Assembly (NCBI RefSeq): GCF_018350175.1
Contig: NC_058375.1
Location: forward strand, 105,028,001 to 105,092,000
Length of the DNA: 64,000 nt
Direction of reading: 5' to 3'
Origin: Felis catus
Taxonomy: Eukaryota
The notes below the pieces were generated by a model. The model had not been told where the DNA came from. It searched no databases and worked only from the letters and a program-made list of their open reading frames with translations. Below, piece after piece: positions 48,311 to 64,000 of the stretch (position 1 is the first letter of the stretch; every line of letters starts with the position of its first letter). A program made the translations under genes and the position numbers.

Positions 48311-50078
48311 AGGGGACGGGGTGGGGAGACTGGCTCTAAGATGGGAGTTTGGGGAGGACAAGGTGGGGTGGGGAGCCAGTGGGAGATAGGGAAAGAGCAG
48401 AGAAGAATAGGGGTTGCAGAGGGAAGGAAACTCAGGTTGTAGCAAAGAACACGGAGTAAGGGGATTCTTCAGAAGATTGGATTCTGCTACCTGCTCATTG
48501 AGAGATCCTTCTGCCTACCTCTTCTTCCACCCCCACCCCACCCCGCCCCGTCCCAGGCAGTTACTGTTGAACATTTGATTAGTGACAAAGCTAGTGACTG
48601 TTGGGAACTTTTATTTGTGTCCACTGGCTGTTTAGTTTGCTAGAGGATTGAGTTGAAGTTGAATACATTTGTTAGTATAGTATTTGGGCACACGTTTCAT
48701 CTGATAGAGAGGTAGCTCATTTGTTGCTTTGGCTTTTCAAATTGCTTACGCTTTCTAGCCCATGATTCAATTCTAGTGGAATGTAAGCCTTGTTAAGGCG
48801 AGGATTGTCTGATACGTTCACCGTTGTAGGTATCCGCAGCACCCAGTGCACTGATTGAGACTTAGTAATTATACAATAAATATTTACTGAATGATAAAAA
48901 TGATGAAGGTATGGCAGATTGTCCTCATTTTGTAAGATGAGTAGACCGAGGCTCAGAGGAATTACTTGCCCCAAAGCTGGTAAACAGTAGAACTCTGTGA
49001 CCCAAATGTTCAGTGTGAACTCTTTCTTCACTCTCTGTGGTGTCTATGCTTCTTTTGAGTAATGCATGTTTAATATACAGAGATTTATAAACTATACTCT
49101 ATCATAATATAGGTGAATAGAGCTGCCATAGAATTATTCATAGAACATGTCCCTGAGACACAAAATCTTTCACTCCTAGTTTCTTGATTTTAATCTACTG
49201 GCTTCCCATGGTTATGCCAAAATTAAATATGCTGTTTAGCAACAGGTCTTATAGAGAGGGTAAACCTGCCAAGAAAGTAGAAATTAATCAGACTATCTTT
49301 TAGGAGAAAAGAGGTCTTAAAACATCTTGAAAGATTGACTACCGGAGACCCTGATTTGTAGCAGTGCTGGGAGGAAGTTAGCTTGGAAACGGAGGTCAGT
49401 GCAGTTTATTGATTTAAGCACTTACGGAGAAAATCAGGGAAATAAAATTTTCTCTATGCTCATGAGTTTTGCTGCTTAAGTAGGAGATCAAAAATGTAAA
49501 ATGAATAATGTTGAAGAATTACATTAACTTGCATTAAATAACAAAGATTTGTTGTAGGGTGTCCTTTATGATAGTGTTTTCTCTGCTAAGCTAAAAAGTA
49601 GAAGAATAAAGATGAAAAGGGAGAGAGAGAAAGTACATCCAAAATGAGGACCTTCTTTTCTGAGGTGAAGAATTAATCTTACAAAGTCAACTGACAGAGT
49701 AGAACAGGAGAGAACGTGATCTGGGTACAGAATTCCCACAGGGATGAATATGTACAGTCATGACAGCATTCTTAAGGATTATAAGATTTGTTATTTTTTT
49801 AAATGTTTCATTTATTTAAAGTAGGCTCCACGCCCAATATGCGACTTGAACTCATGTCCCTGAGATCAGGAGTCACATGCCATAACAAGTGAGCCAGCCA
49901 GGCACCCCAGGATTATGAACTTTAATATAGGATGGCTGACCTGGATAGCCCTTTCTCTCTCCCCCTCCCCACCCCCACCCCCCCACCACCATTCCTTAAA
50001 AGAAGGGAATCCTACAGGTCAAGGCTAGGTTAAGGAATGCCTACCTGGAAGCAGGAGAGACAGAAAAGCTGGCCTCTG

Positions 50079-50290
50079 GGGGGCACCTGGGTGGCTCAGT
50101 CGGTTGAGCATTCAACTTCAGCTCAGGTCATGATCTCACGGTTTGTGAGTTCGAGCCCGAGTCGGGCTCTGTGCTGACAGCTCAGAGCCTGGAGCCTGCT
50201 TCTGCTTCTGTGTCTCCCACTCTCTCTCTGCCCCTCCCCCACTCATGCTCTGTCTCTCTCTGTCTCAGAAATAAATAAGCATTAAAAAAA
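50079..50290 (+). mobile_element. CanSINE in PRPF3 intron 1
   Basis: TSD AGAAAAGCTGGCCTCTG at 50062-50078 and 50291-50307. Confidence 0.94.
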
Positions 50291-50705
50291 AGAAAAGCTG
50301 GCCTCTGAGTGGGTTTTTTCAGTCTTGTTTTCAGGTTATATGTTTGCCAATCCTTGTTATGACAAGATCAGAAAAGAAGCTAGAACTCATTTCTCAGACT
50401 AGGTTAGTCCCAGGGTTGGTTTGTTTATTCCCCAGATTTCACTGATCCACTGATACCTAACTGAGTTAGAGTTGCAAATGAAATGTAGTTCTTTCTGCTT
50501 TTAAGTAATGGGTTTTAGAGAAAGTATTTAGGTCGAAATGAAGTGCAGGAACTTGCCTAAGGATTGGGAAGAGAGGCGGAGAGGGCATTCCTAATACACT
50601 AAACATTGCTTGGGGTGCTCTTTTCCTACCCTCTAACTAAGTGTTCTCCTGGTTTCTTTTTAGGTGCAGGACTGAATCCCATTTGAGCTACCCTCCCTAT
50701 CCTGA

Positions 50706-52448
<1,743 letters not shown>

Positions 52449-54420
52449 TAATTATCTGATGAGCTTGGGAGTGTTTTGAATGGTAATAAATTTGCTAAGC
52501 TTACCTCACTCACACTTTGGTATTTAATATTAGAATACATAATATTCAAGAGAGATACTAAGACATTAAAGGAGAGGAGGTGAGCTTGTATTATCACCAT
52601 CTTATGATGGTGAACTATGTAAGTTCATGGGTTGAAATACTTCAGGGAAACAATTGGTAGCTTTGTCCTTTTTCACGTACAGTTAGGAGTTTTAGTTCTT
52701 ACATTTCCCTTTGTCTCCTCCCCCCCCCCCCCCCCCCCTTACTACTACCTATAAGTTGATCACTCTAAGGTTTTATGTTTTGGTTTACTTGATACCTAAT
52801 AGATGTTTCAGAATGTGACTCCACTGTTGTAAACCTCCCTGTAGTTCCTTTTAGAGGTTTTTCTACAGTGGACTTGTAGATGGGATACCTAACAAAAATT
52901 ATTATTTACTGTATGTCTTGAGAGCCTGCTGTTTGCTATATAGCATATGGCTGGTCATCTGGCCCCATGAGTGGACTACTTAAAAGGACCATCATTACTG
53001 TCTTACTTCCTTCACTTTTTATTCTGTAGTTGCTGATTGGCCATGCCTTTTTTCAATAGTAGCTGCGTCAGGTGGCTGGTTTCTCTATCTCTTTTCTTGT
53101 GCTTTAAAAAAGTCTTTTCTGTGGCTCCCATCAAACCTTCCAAAGTGCATTTGATACCTTGGCTATCCTATTGCTTTTCCTGGGGCACAAAGAGTGAATA
53201 AGCAATGTCTGCTTGGTCCCTGGCCAGGTTGTAGAACCGAGAGAAATAGAGGGTCATGTGCCTTTTGTGTTTAAGTCATCGTGGGTGGTGAGAGGAATGA
53301 GAAATAGTCCTTGCCTTAAAGGAATTTGCAATTTAAGGAAGGGCACAACAGAATATAGTCACAAATTACAAAATCTAAGTAGCAGTCTCATATAAATTTT
53401 AGAGATGACTGTAGGGTTTCAGACTGATGTTGAATTTGGTATGTTTACGTGGGAATGCTTAATCCACGATTTGCACAGATCTGTGGAGTGAAATTAATGC
53501 TATAATAGGGCATGTGGCTGTGTAAGGGCTGAGGCATGCTGTGAATGAAGTGACTACATTGGGTGGGATTGATAAAAATGGTTTCTTGAAGGAGGTATCT
53601 AGGTAGCTTTGGGATACGGGTCCCATNNNNNNNNNNNNNNNNNNNNNNNNNNNNNNNNNNNNNNNNNNNNNNNNNNNNNNNNNNNNNNNNNNNNNNNNNN
53701 NNNNNNNNNNNNNNNNNNNNNNNNNNNNNNNNNNNNNNNNNNNNNNNNNNNNNNNNNNNNNNNNNNNNNNNNNNNNNNNNNNNNNNNNNNNNNNNNNNNN
53801 NNNNNNNNNNNNNNNNNNNNNNAGTTGGCCACTCTTGGTCCTGTTAAATTCACCTTGCAAATTGGTCAGCGTATTTGAGTTCCCATTGTTTGATGAGAAC
53901 AGAGTGTTACTGGGTAATACTGAAGAAGAAAGAGAAAACCCCTGTCCTGAAAGAGCTTAGACTCTAATTGGGAGAAGGTACTAACATTGGAAGACTTAAC
54001 ACTTGGCAAACAGAATATTAACAATGTAATTTTATGTAATATGAACCCAGCTCTTAAGTGCTAAGAGGATATGAAACAACAGTTTGATCAGAGTGAGATG
54101 AGATTATTAGTGAGGAAAACTTCCTGAGGCGAGTTTTAGGCAGGACTTGGAACAGGGGTGTGGAAAAAGTTGAGGGATATCATTGCAAATGTAGGCAGTA
54201 GTATTGGCAAAGACCTTGAGATGGGAACATTTATAAGGACATGGTGATGAAATTTGCTTGACTGGAGTAGGAGAACGATGAAGTTGGGTGAGATGGTCCA
54301 TTTGGTGGAGGGTCTAAAGGACTCTGGGGAAAGCTACAAAATGCTGGTAGGGACTAGGATGATTCTTCCCTTCTCCCATGGGTAGGGAGAAAACTCTTCT
54401 GTCATCTTGGGTTTCTTTAG

Positions 54421-54576
<156 letters not shown>

Positions 54577-54978
54577 TAGGGACTGAAAGCAGTGATTCTA
54601 TGAGCTGAAGAAGTGAGAGATGCAGGGGTCCAGATTCATCATGACCTTGATTTGAATTAGTATTTAGCATTGGGAAACTTTTGTTTACTGCTCTATGTTT
54701 TATCATTTCTTAGTTTAACTAGGAGTATTCCACCTGAAGGCTATTGAAATAACATTTACGAGCACCTGTTATGTGGCAAACAAGGGTGTTACATACATTA
54801 TTTGCCCAGTTGTCTACCTCGTTGGGTCATTGAGAAAATTATTGAACTAATCAGAACTCAGCTTGATGACAGAGGAGAATTTCCAAATATAATGCTGACA
54901 TGCTATAATCCACTAAAATAATTTCAAGTTGACTTGTTTTTAATAAGAATTATCTGCGTTTTTAAAATGGACTTTCTT

Positions 54979-55056
54979 TTTTTTTGTTAATTAAAAAATT
55001 GTTTTTTAATGTTTTATTTATTTTTGAGAGAGTCAGGGTATGAGCAGGGAAGGGGC

Positions 55057-55088
<32 letters not shown>

Positions 55089-56669
55089 AATCCAAAACAG
55101 GCTCCAGGCTCTGAGCTGTCAGTACAAAGCCTGACGCAGGGCTCGGACCCACGAAAATGACCTGAAGTCGATCGCTTAACTGACAGAGGGAGTGAGGGAG
55201 AGAGAGAGGGGGGAGACATAGGATCTGAAGCAGGCTCTAGACTCTGAGCCAAAGTCAGCTGCTTAACCACCTGAGCCACCCAGGTGCCCCTAAAATGGGC
55301 TTTCTTAAAACAATTTTGGTACTACATATATAATAAATATTTCTTGTGCTGTTTAAAGTCTCTTGGAAGAAGAACAGAATATATACATATATGTGTGTGG
55401 GTGGGTGGATGAATTTGCTTATATATATTTATATATGATATTTCTGCAGGGAAAGATACTGGTGCTTTATAGAGAGTAGCAGTAGAAGATTTCACAGTAT
55501 ACTCTTTTGTACTGTTTTGCATTTTGAACTATGTTAATATATCACTTACACAAAAAAGATGTCAAAAATAAACTTTAGGGCACCTGGGTGGCTCAGTCAG
55601 TTGAGCATCCAACTCTTAATTTCGGCTCCCGGGGTTGTGGGATCAAGACCTGTGTCCGGCTCAGCACTGAGCATGGAGCCTGCTTGGAATTCTCTCTCTC
55701 TCCCTTTGCCCTGCCCCTGGCTCTAAAATAAAAAGGAAAAGGAAAAATTAGGGACACCTAGGCGGTCAGTTGTTCAAGCATGTGACTCTTGATTTCTGCT
55801 CAGGTTGTGAAATCAAGCCCCATGTCAGGCTCTGCGCTGATACTAAGGAACCTACTTGGGATTCTCTCTCTCTCTGTCTGCCCCACCCTCTCTCCCTATC
55901 CCTCTGTTTCTCTCAAAGTAAATAAACATTAAAATTTTTTTGTGTGTGTGATTAATTTAAAAATATATCTTGAAACACCTTGACAGCAAGGTTTCTTTTG
56001 GAAAATTCAAGAATTATTTGATTGTATTCTCAAAGGTTATTATTCTCATATTCTTTAGGACAGAAGAAGTATTTTACACGGGATAGGAAACAGATCTTTG
56101 CATTGTTGTCTCCAGTTACCCAAAGCAGGAATTCATCAAAAATATGATAATTTGGGGCTCCTGGCTGGCTCAAGTCAGAAGAGCATGTGACTCTTGATCT
56201 CTGGGTCATGAGTTCAAACTCCACCATGGGTGTAGAGATTCCAAAATTAAATAGATAAACTTAAAAGTATAATTTGTGTGGACTCTGCCAAGAGTTTTGT
56301 TTAAATGCTCATAATAGCCTTGTAAGGTAGGTCTGTTGTTACCTTTTTTTAGGCACTTGGAGTTTTAGAGATTAAATACCATGTCCAGTGTCACATAAGC
56401 ATTAAGTGGCAGAGTTAAGATTCAAGCTCAGGTTTCTGTTAACCTGAGTCCTTTTTTTTTTTTTCTTAACATTTTATTTATTTTTGAGACAGGGAGAGAC
56501 AGAGCATGAACAGGGGAGGGTCAGAGAGAGGGAGACACAGAATCTGAAACAGGCTCCGGGCTCTGAGCTGTCAGCGCAGAGCCCGATGTGGGGCTCGAAC
56601 TCATGGACCGCAAGATCATGACCTGAGCCGAAGTCGGCCGCTCAACCTACTGAGCCACCCAGGTGCCCC
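54979..56669. mobile_element. CanSINE cluster in PRPF3 intron 4: about 54979-55290(-, chimeric), 55578-55730(+), 55751-55935(+), 56154-56260(+), 56451-56669(-)
   Basis: SINE motifs; the last copy has TSD TGTTAACCTGAGTC. Confidence 0.87.
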
Positions 56670-56906
56670 TGTTAACCTGAGTCTTAATCATCAAGCTATG
56701 TTACTACCTATCATGCCACTCCTGCTTGAGGAAGATGGGTTGAAATGTTTCAGTGCTCAGCTATGTAGGCTTTTCTTTACTGAATTTTGTAGCCTGTGGT
56801 ACAGGCAGAATATGGTGGGTTCATTCAAAAAATTTTTAGTTCTCTAGACCTGAAAAGCCCTTTGTGTTTAGGAACCTGTATAGGAGAAATAAAAAAGAGA
56901 TATTAA

Positions 56907-57062
<156 letters not shown>

Positions 57063-57202
57063 TAGCAAAGAATTTCTTGCCATCCACTCTCATTTTCTTG
57101 CTATCCACTCATTTGAGTTTGGAAGGTCACTGCATGTTCCATGCCACCATCTACCAGTCTACATGAGTGACCTGTCCGCCTGTCTAATTCTTCTGATTCT
57201 GA

Positions 57203-57448
<246 letters not shown>

Positions 57449-57886
57449 TGAGTATCTGTTTCGTGGAACCCCTTAGTATTTCTGAAGCTGGAGAAGCAAT
57501 AAATACCTTTGAATGTTACTGATCCTTTTCTCCCAAGGAACCTAAATCATTTCTTACAGTTTCATATTTCTTACGTGTGCTTAATAAATACCAATTGAAT
57601 TCTCTTAGCTTGCTCGTGGCAGAATTTATTAGCTTCTTTTTATAATTGGTAGACCTGAGGTTAAGATTCTTTATCTGTTGTTGAGCTAGGAATAGAACCA
57701 GTCTCCTGGTTCCTAACTCAGAACTATATCCATTAGACCTCAGTGAATGATACCAGATCTGAGAGTTCTCTACAACTGGATAAAGATGATAGACTTTATT
57801 TTTAGCGCCTACAATTGGTTTGGCATACTATGTCTGATTCAGAAATTCCGGAGTGAAGATAGGCTTGCAAATTCTTATCAATGTAA

Positions 57887-58992
<1,106 letters not shown>

Positions 58993-59523
58993 TCAATGAC
59001 TAATTTTTAAACTACTTTATTCCTGGGATACTTGAATTTTAGCTGATTTGTCTTAATTCCATTCTACTTAAGTGGAAATAAAATTGACTTTGAAAATTCA
59101 CATACAGACAGTGGAGGGAAACAATTCAGAACCCTGTGCGTGATTGAGGAAAGCTAGCCTGGTAATATAACATTACTGCAGATAATCCATACACCTTGAG
59201 AGTTGAATTGACTCTATATCCGGTGAGTTTTGCTTCTTGTTTTCATTCTCAGAATGGAGTTTTCATAGAATTCCATTTCTGTGTGTTTGCCGCAGGCACA
59301 CACTGTGGGGTGAAGGATGGTGATAAGGGTAGTTGTATGTAAATCAACTAAGTAAAGGATAAAGTAGAATGCCTCTTTTCTTCTAAGTTTTCAGAAGTTA
59401 TGAATTCTTTGCATTAGGCATAAAGAGTGCAACAAGGGAGTACTTTAAAATTTGGGATTCTACTATTTCCCTGTTTTCTGTGACTCCAATTTATCTTCCC
59501 ATCTTTGTTTATCTTGTCTTTAG

Positions 59524-59691
<168 letters not shown>

Positions 59692-60323
59692 TGAGTTTGT
59701 TAGTTAATACCTTTTAATAAGGCTAGAGTTTTATTGGGAGAGATAATACTCATGCATTAAGTAAAATCATGAAATCCTAGTGAAATAGGTAGCCATATAC
59801 AGGCTCTTATATTTGTAAATATGTTGAATAAGTTATTTTTAGTTTTTAAGGTTAACATGGGAAGGAAAAGGCACAAATGATCTAAAAGAGAAAGGATGTA
59901 AGTTTATATTTGCTTTTGTGGTTATTATTTTTTTTGCTACCTATAATAGGCTTTTACATTTCTTAAAGATCCAGTCCTACAATAGAGAGGAAGGAGTCTT
60001 AATTGATGAGGGAAAGAATGAAATCATTTGAGAAACACTTGGAGAGCTTTAATTCTATCCGTTCTATAATTCTGATCCATGGCTTTAGGAAACTGTATCT
60101 CAGTCTTTCCCCTTAACCCTTCCTTTGTCAACCACTGTCCCAGGGAGTTATTGTTATTAGTGAAAGAATGTGGCATCCATCCATCAGGGATATTAGGGTA
60201 GAAAAAGGTTGAGAGTGACTGATGTGGATTGTATGTCCAACCTTAGTGGACCCAGTTTTCTCATCTTGAAAATTATGTGTAATACAATTACATGTTGTGG
60301 ATATGCACACTAAAAGGTGCTAG

Positions 60324-60515
<192 letters not shown>

Positions 60516-60536
60516 TAGATTACTGAATCAAGGCTC

Positions 60537-60763
60537 TAGAGAAGTATTATCCAATAGAACTTCATGTGACAATGGACAGCACATGTTCTCTGTGCTGTCC
60601 ATGCAGTAGCCACTATCCACTTGTGACCGTCGAGCATTTGAAAACTGAGTTGCACTAATACAACTGAGAGACTGAATGTTAAATTTTATTCTGTTTTAAT
60701 TAATTTTAGTTTAAATAGTGTACGTGGCTTGTGACTACAGTATTGGACAGTGCAGGTCTAGAG
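60537..60763. mobile_element. MER3-like hAT-Charlie relic
   Basis: TCCAATAGAAC...TGTGCTGTCCA..GTAGCCACT...TATTGGACAGTGCAG, flanked by (T)CTAGAG. Confidence 0.75.
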
Positions 60764-60832
60764 CATTGAGGCCTAACCTAGAGATGGTTTCAACTGAAGT
60801 ATATTACAAGTTGGGTTTTAAAAAGCGTTCTC

Positions 60833-62812
60833 GGGGCACCTGGGTGGCGCAGTCGGTTAAGCGTCCCACTTCAGCCAGGTCACAATCTCGAGGTCCGTGA
60901 GTTCAAGCCCCGCATCAGGCTCTGGGCTGATGGCTTGGAGCCTGGAGCCTGTTTCCGATTCTGTGTCTCCCTCTCTCTCTGCCCTGCCCCCGTTCATGCT
61001 CTGTCTCTCTCCCAAAAATAAATAAACGAAAAAAAAAAATTTAAAAAAAAGTTCTCATGTTTGACTCCCAACTCCAGTTTTGTACACCACTGCCCTTCAG
61101 TCGTCTTTGTCTTCAGCCTTCTTCTCTCTTGATCATCTTTGTAGCAAAAGCCTGTTGGCTCACTCAGAAGAGATAGGTTTTAGTTGCAGCTGTGTTTTTA
61201 ACTAGCTGAATCCCTTGGGTAAGTCATTTAGAACACAGAACTTTCTCACATATAGAGATAATGTTGATTGATAATGCCTTCTTTAAGAATTATGTAGATC
61301 ATTGGGGCGCCTGGGTGGCGCAGTCGGTTAAGCGTCCGACTTCAGCCAGGTCACGATCTCGCGGTCCGGGAGTTCGAGCCCCACGTCGGGCTCTGAGCTG
61401 ATGGCTCAGAGCCTGGAGCCTGTTTCCGATTCTGTGTCTCCCTCTCTCTCTGCCCCTCCCCCGTTCATGCTCTGTCTCTCTCTGTCCCAAAAATAAATAA
61501 ACATTGAAAAAAAAAATTAAAAAAAAAAAATAAAAAAAAAGAATTATGTAGATCATAAAAGATTTAACACTTTCATCATATTTGGGATGAACAGAGGAGG
61601 TAATACCTCAATTAGTAAATTTGCTTGCCAATAACTCCAATAAGTTTAGAAGAATAGATTGGGACTTTGAGATAATATAGTATATGATAATCATTGTAAT
61701 GTTATGTAATGTTGTGTAATGTAAAGATACTCATTACTTAACCAGAGTCTACTTAGTTGTCATCAGTGTGGATCATTAGAAGAACGTAAGGGATTTTATT
61801 TGTTTTAAAAAATTGTCAGAGCCCCTGGCTGGCTCAGTCAGGAGAGCATGTGACTCTTGGATCTCAGGGTCATGAATTTGAGCCCTATGTTGGGTATAGA
61901 GATTACTTAAATAAACTTTAAAAATAATAATAATATGGGGCGCCTGGGTGGCTCAGTCGGTTAAGCGTCCGACTTCAGCTCAGGTCACGATCTCACGGTC
62001 CGTGAGTTCGAGCCCCGCGTTGGTCTCCGGGCTGTTGGCTCAGAGCCTGGAGCCTGCTTTGGATTCTGTGTCTCCCTCTCTCTCTGCCCCTCCCCCGTTC
62101 ATGCTCTGTCTCTCTCTGTCTCAAAAATAAATAAACGTTAAAAAAAAAATTTTTTTTTTTTTTAAAAACAAAAAACAAAAAAATAAAAAAATAATAATAA
62201 TAATAATATGGTCGCCTGGGTGGCTCAGTCCGTTGAGCATCTGACTTTGGCTTAGGTCGTGATCTCGTGGTTTGTGGGTTTAAGCCCCACGTTGGGCTTT
62301 GTGCTGACAGTGCAGAGCCTGGTTGGGATTCTCTCTCTCCACCCCTCCCCCACTTGTGCTTTCTCTCTCAAAATAAATAAAATATAGTAATAATAATTAA
62401 AAAAATTAAAAGTTGAGTAAACCTGCTTTGGGAGTCCAGAGGATTTTCCCCAATTCCTGTAACTCTAAAATTATAAATTTCATTATCTTGGCCCCACCTA
62501 CCCCAAATCCTCACGCAGAGCAACTGGAGCAGCTCTAATTTTGTTTTCTGTCTTTGCCACTTTTCAGTTGATTAAAGCGGTCAACTACTTCAAGAAAAAA
62601 CAAGTTAGAACACTCTCATGAAAGATAAGAATGTTTTTTAAAAATGGAACATACTGGGGCGCCTGGGTGGCTCAGTCAGTTGAGCATCTGACTCTTGATT
62701 TCAGTTCAGGTCATAATAATTCCAGGGTCGTGGGATCGAGCCCCATGTCAGGCTCCATGCTGAGTGTGGAGCCTGCTTAGGATTTGCTCCCTTCCTCCCC
62801 CCGCCACCCTTT
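60833..62812 (+). mobile_element. Six sense CanSINEs in PRPF3 intron 9: about 60833-61050, 61304-61538, 61820-61925, 61937-62190, 62209-62400, 62656-62812
   Basis: SINE heads on +; TSD AAGAATTATGTAGATCAT for the 61304 copy; serial insertion into (AAT)n tails. Confidence 0.9.
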
Positions 62813-62815
62813 TAA

Positions 62816-62867
<52 letters not shown>
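62816..62867. repeat. (ATAG)13 tetranucleotide microsatellite
   Basis: Perfect GATA repeat at a SINE tail. Confidence 0.97.
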
Positions 62868-62899
62868 TAAAATGCTATACTATCACAAACTTAAAATAA

Positions 62900-63187
<288 letters not shown>

Positions 63188-63307
63188 TAATTCCAGAGGA
63201 ACTTTTGCATCTCTTGATATTTGAGTGCTTTCTGTTTCTCAGAATCATTCATTGGTTATTTTTTCCTTTCCTAAATTTTCTACAATCTGGCTAAGACAGG
63301 TCAACAT

Positions 63308-63630
63308 AGGAGTGCTTGGCTGGCTCAGTCAGTAGAGTATGCGACTCTTGATCTTGCGGTTGTGAGTTCGAGCCCCATGTTGAGTGTAGAGATTACTTAA
63401 TAATAAAATCTTAGGGGTGCCTGGTTGGTTCAGTCAGTTAAGTATCCAACTTCGGCTCAAGTCATGATCTCATGGTTTGTGAGTTCAAACCCCGCATTTG
63501 GCTCTCTGCTGTCAGCACAGAGCCTGCTTTGGATCCTCTGTCTCTCTCTGCCCCTCCCCTGCTCACTCGCTCGCTCTCTCTCAAAAATAAAGTAAACATT
63601 TAAGAAAATAAATAAATAAAATGAAATCTT
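63308..63630 (+). mobile_element. Two serial CanSINEs (about 63308-63412 and 63414-63620)
   Basis: SINE heads and A-rich tails; repeated AAATCTTA. Confidence 0.85.
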
Positions 63631-64000
63631 AAAGACAGATCAACATATTCACTGTAGAGGTCATTTAAAGCTTTTTCTTTTTTAAGTATAAAAATATATC
63701 ATATTCTGATCTTCCTGAAAGAATAATGGTCTTGAAATTCATGAAGATAATAGTTGCACTGTTTGCACAGTTGTTATGTACGTAATTCTATAGTTGAAAA
63801 ATGAAAATATTGTTAAACCCTCACTCCTGTAGTTTTCATTCAGTAATATTTTGCGTGAGCACTGTTATGTTCAGGATCTTTCACTACATGTTGTGATCAG
63901 AGTGAAAAATACCAAAGAAATAAAACTCCTTATCTGTCGTAAATTTTCAAGCAGTGTAAATAAATGTATACCAACTATATATATTATGTGACTTTCTACA

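Overview
Mammalian genomic DNA, almost certainly a felid: it carries dozens of tRNA-derived CanSINEs, including near-identical young SINEC_Fc-type copies. It is a draft assembly with 8 short N gaps. The window is the block syntenic to human 1q21.2. In order it holds the 3' part of CA14 (+, 8 coding exons to the stop at 2254), APH1A (-, with most of exons 3-5 and the long-isoform terminal exon hidden in N gaps), the poorly characterised C1orf54 (+, 133 aa), CIART/CHRONO (+, 385 aa, with an E-box/D-box circadian promoter), MRPS21 (+, 87 aa) and the 5' part of PRPF3 (+, exons 1-10). Exon boundaries were read by hand from GT-AG sites and phase continuity; gene names rest on recognising the translations, not on a database search. 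There is no prokaryote-type system. The best leads are (1) candidate stop-containing 'poison' exons and a hairpin in PRPF3 intron 3, (2) a signal peptide / acidic Tyr cluster / Thr-rich stalk / GPI-like tail architecture in C1orf54, with an upstream exon that creates a split ATG|CAA-TAG uORF, (3) assembly gaps falling on APH1A exons, suggesting a retrocopy elsewhere, and (4) closely spaced inverted young SINEs. All four are hypotheses that need testing.
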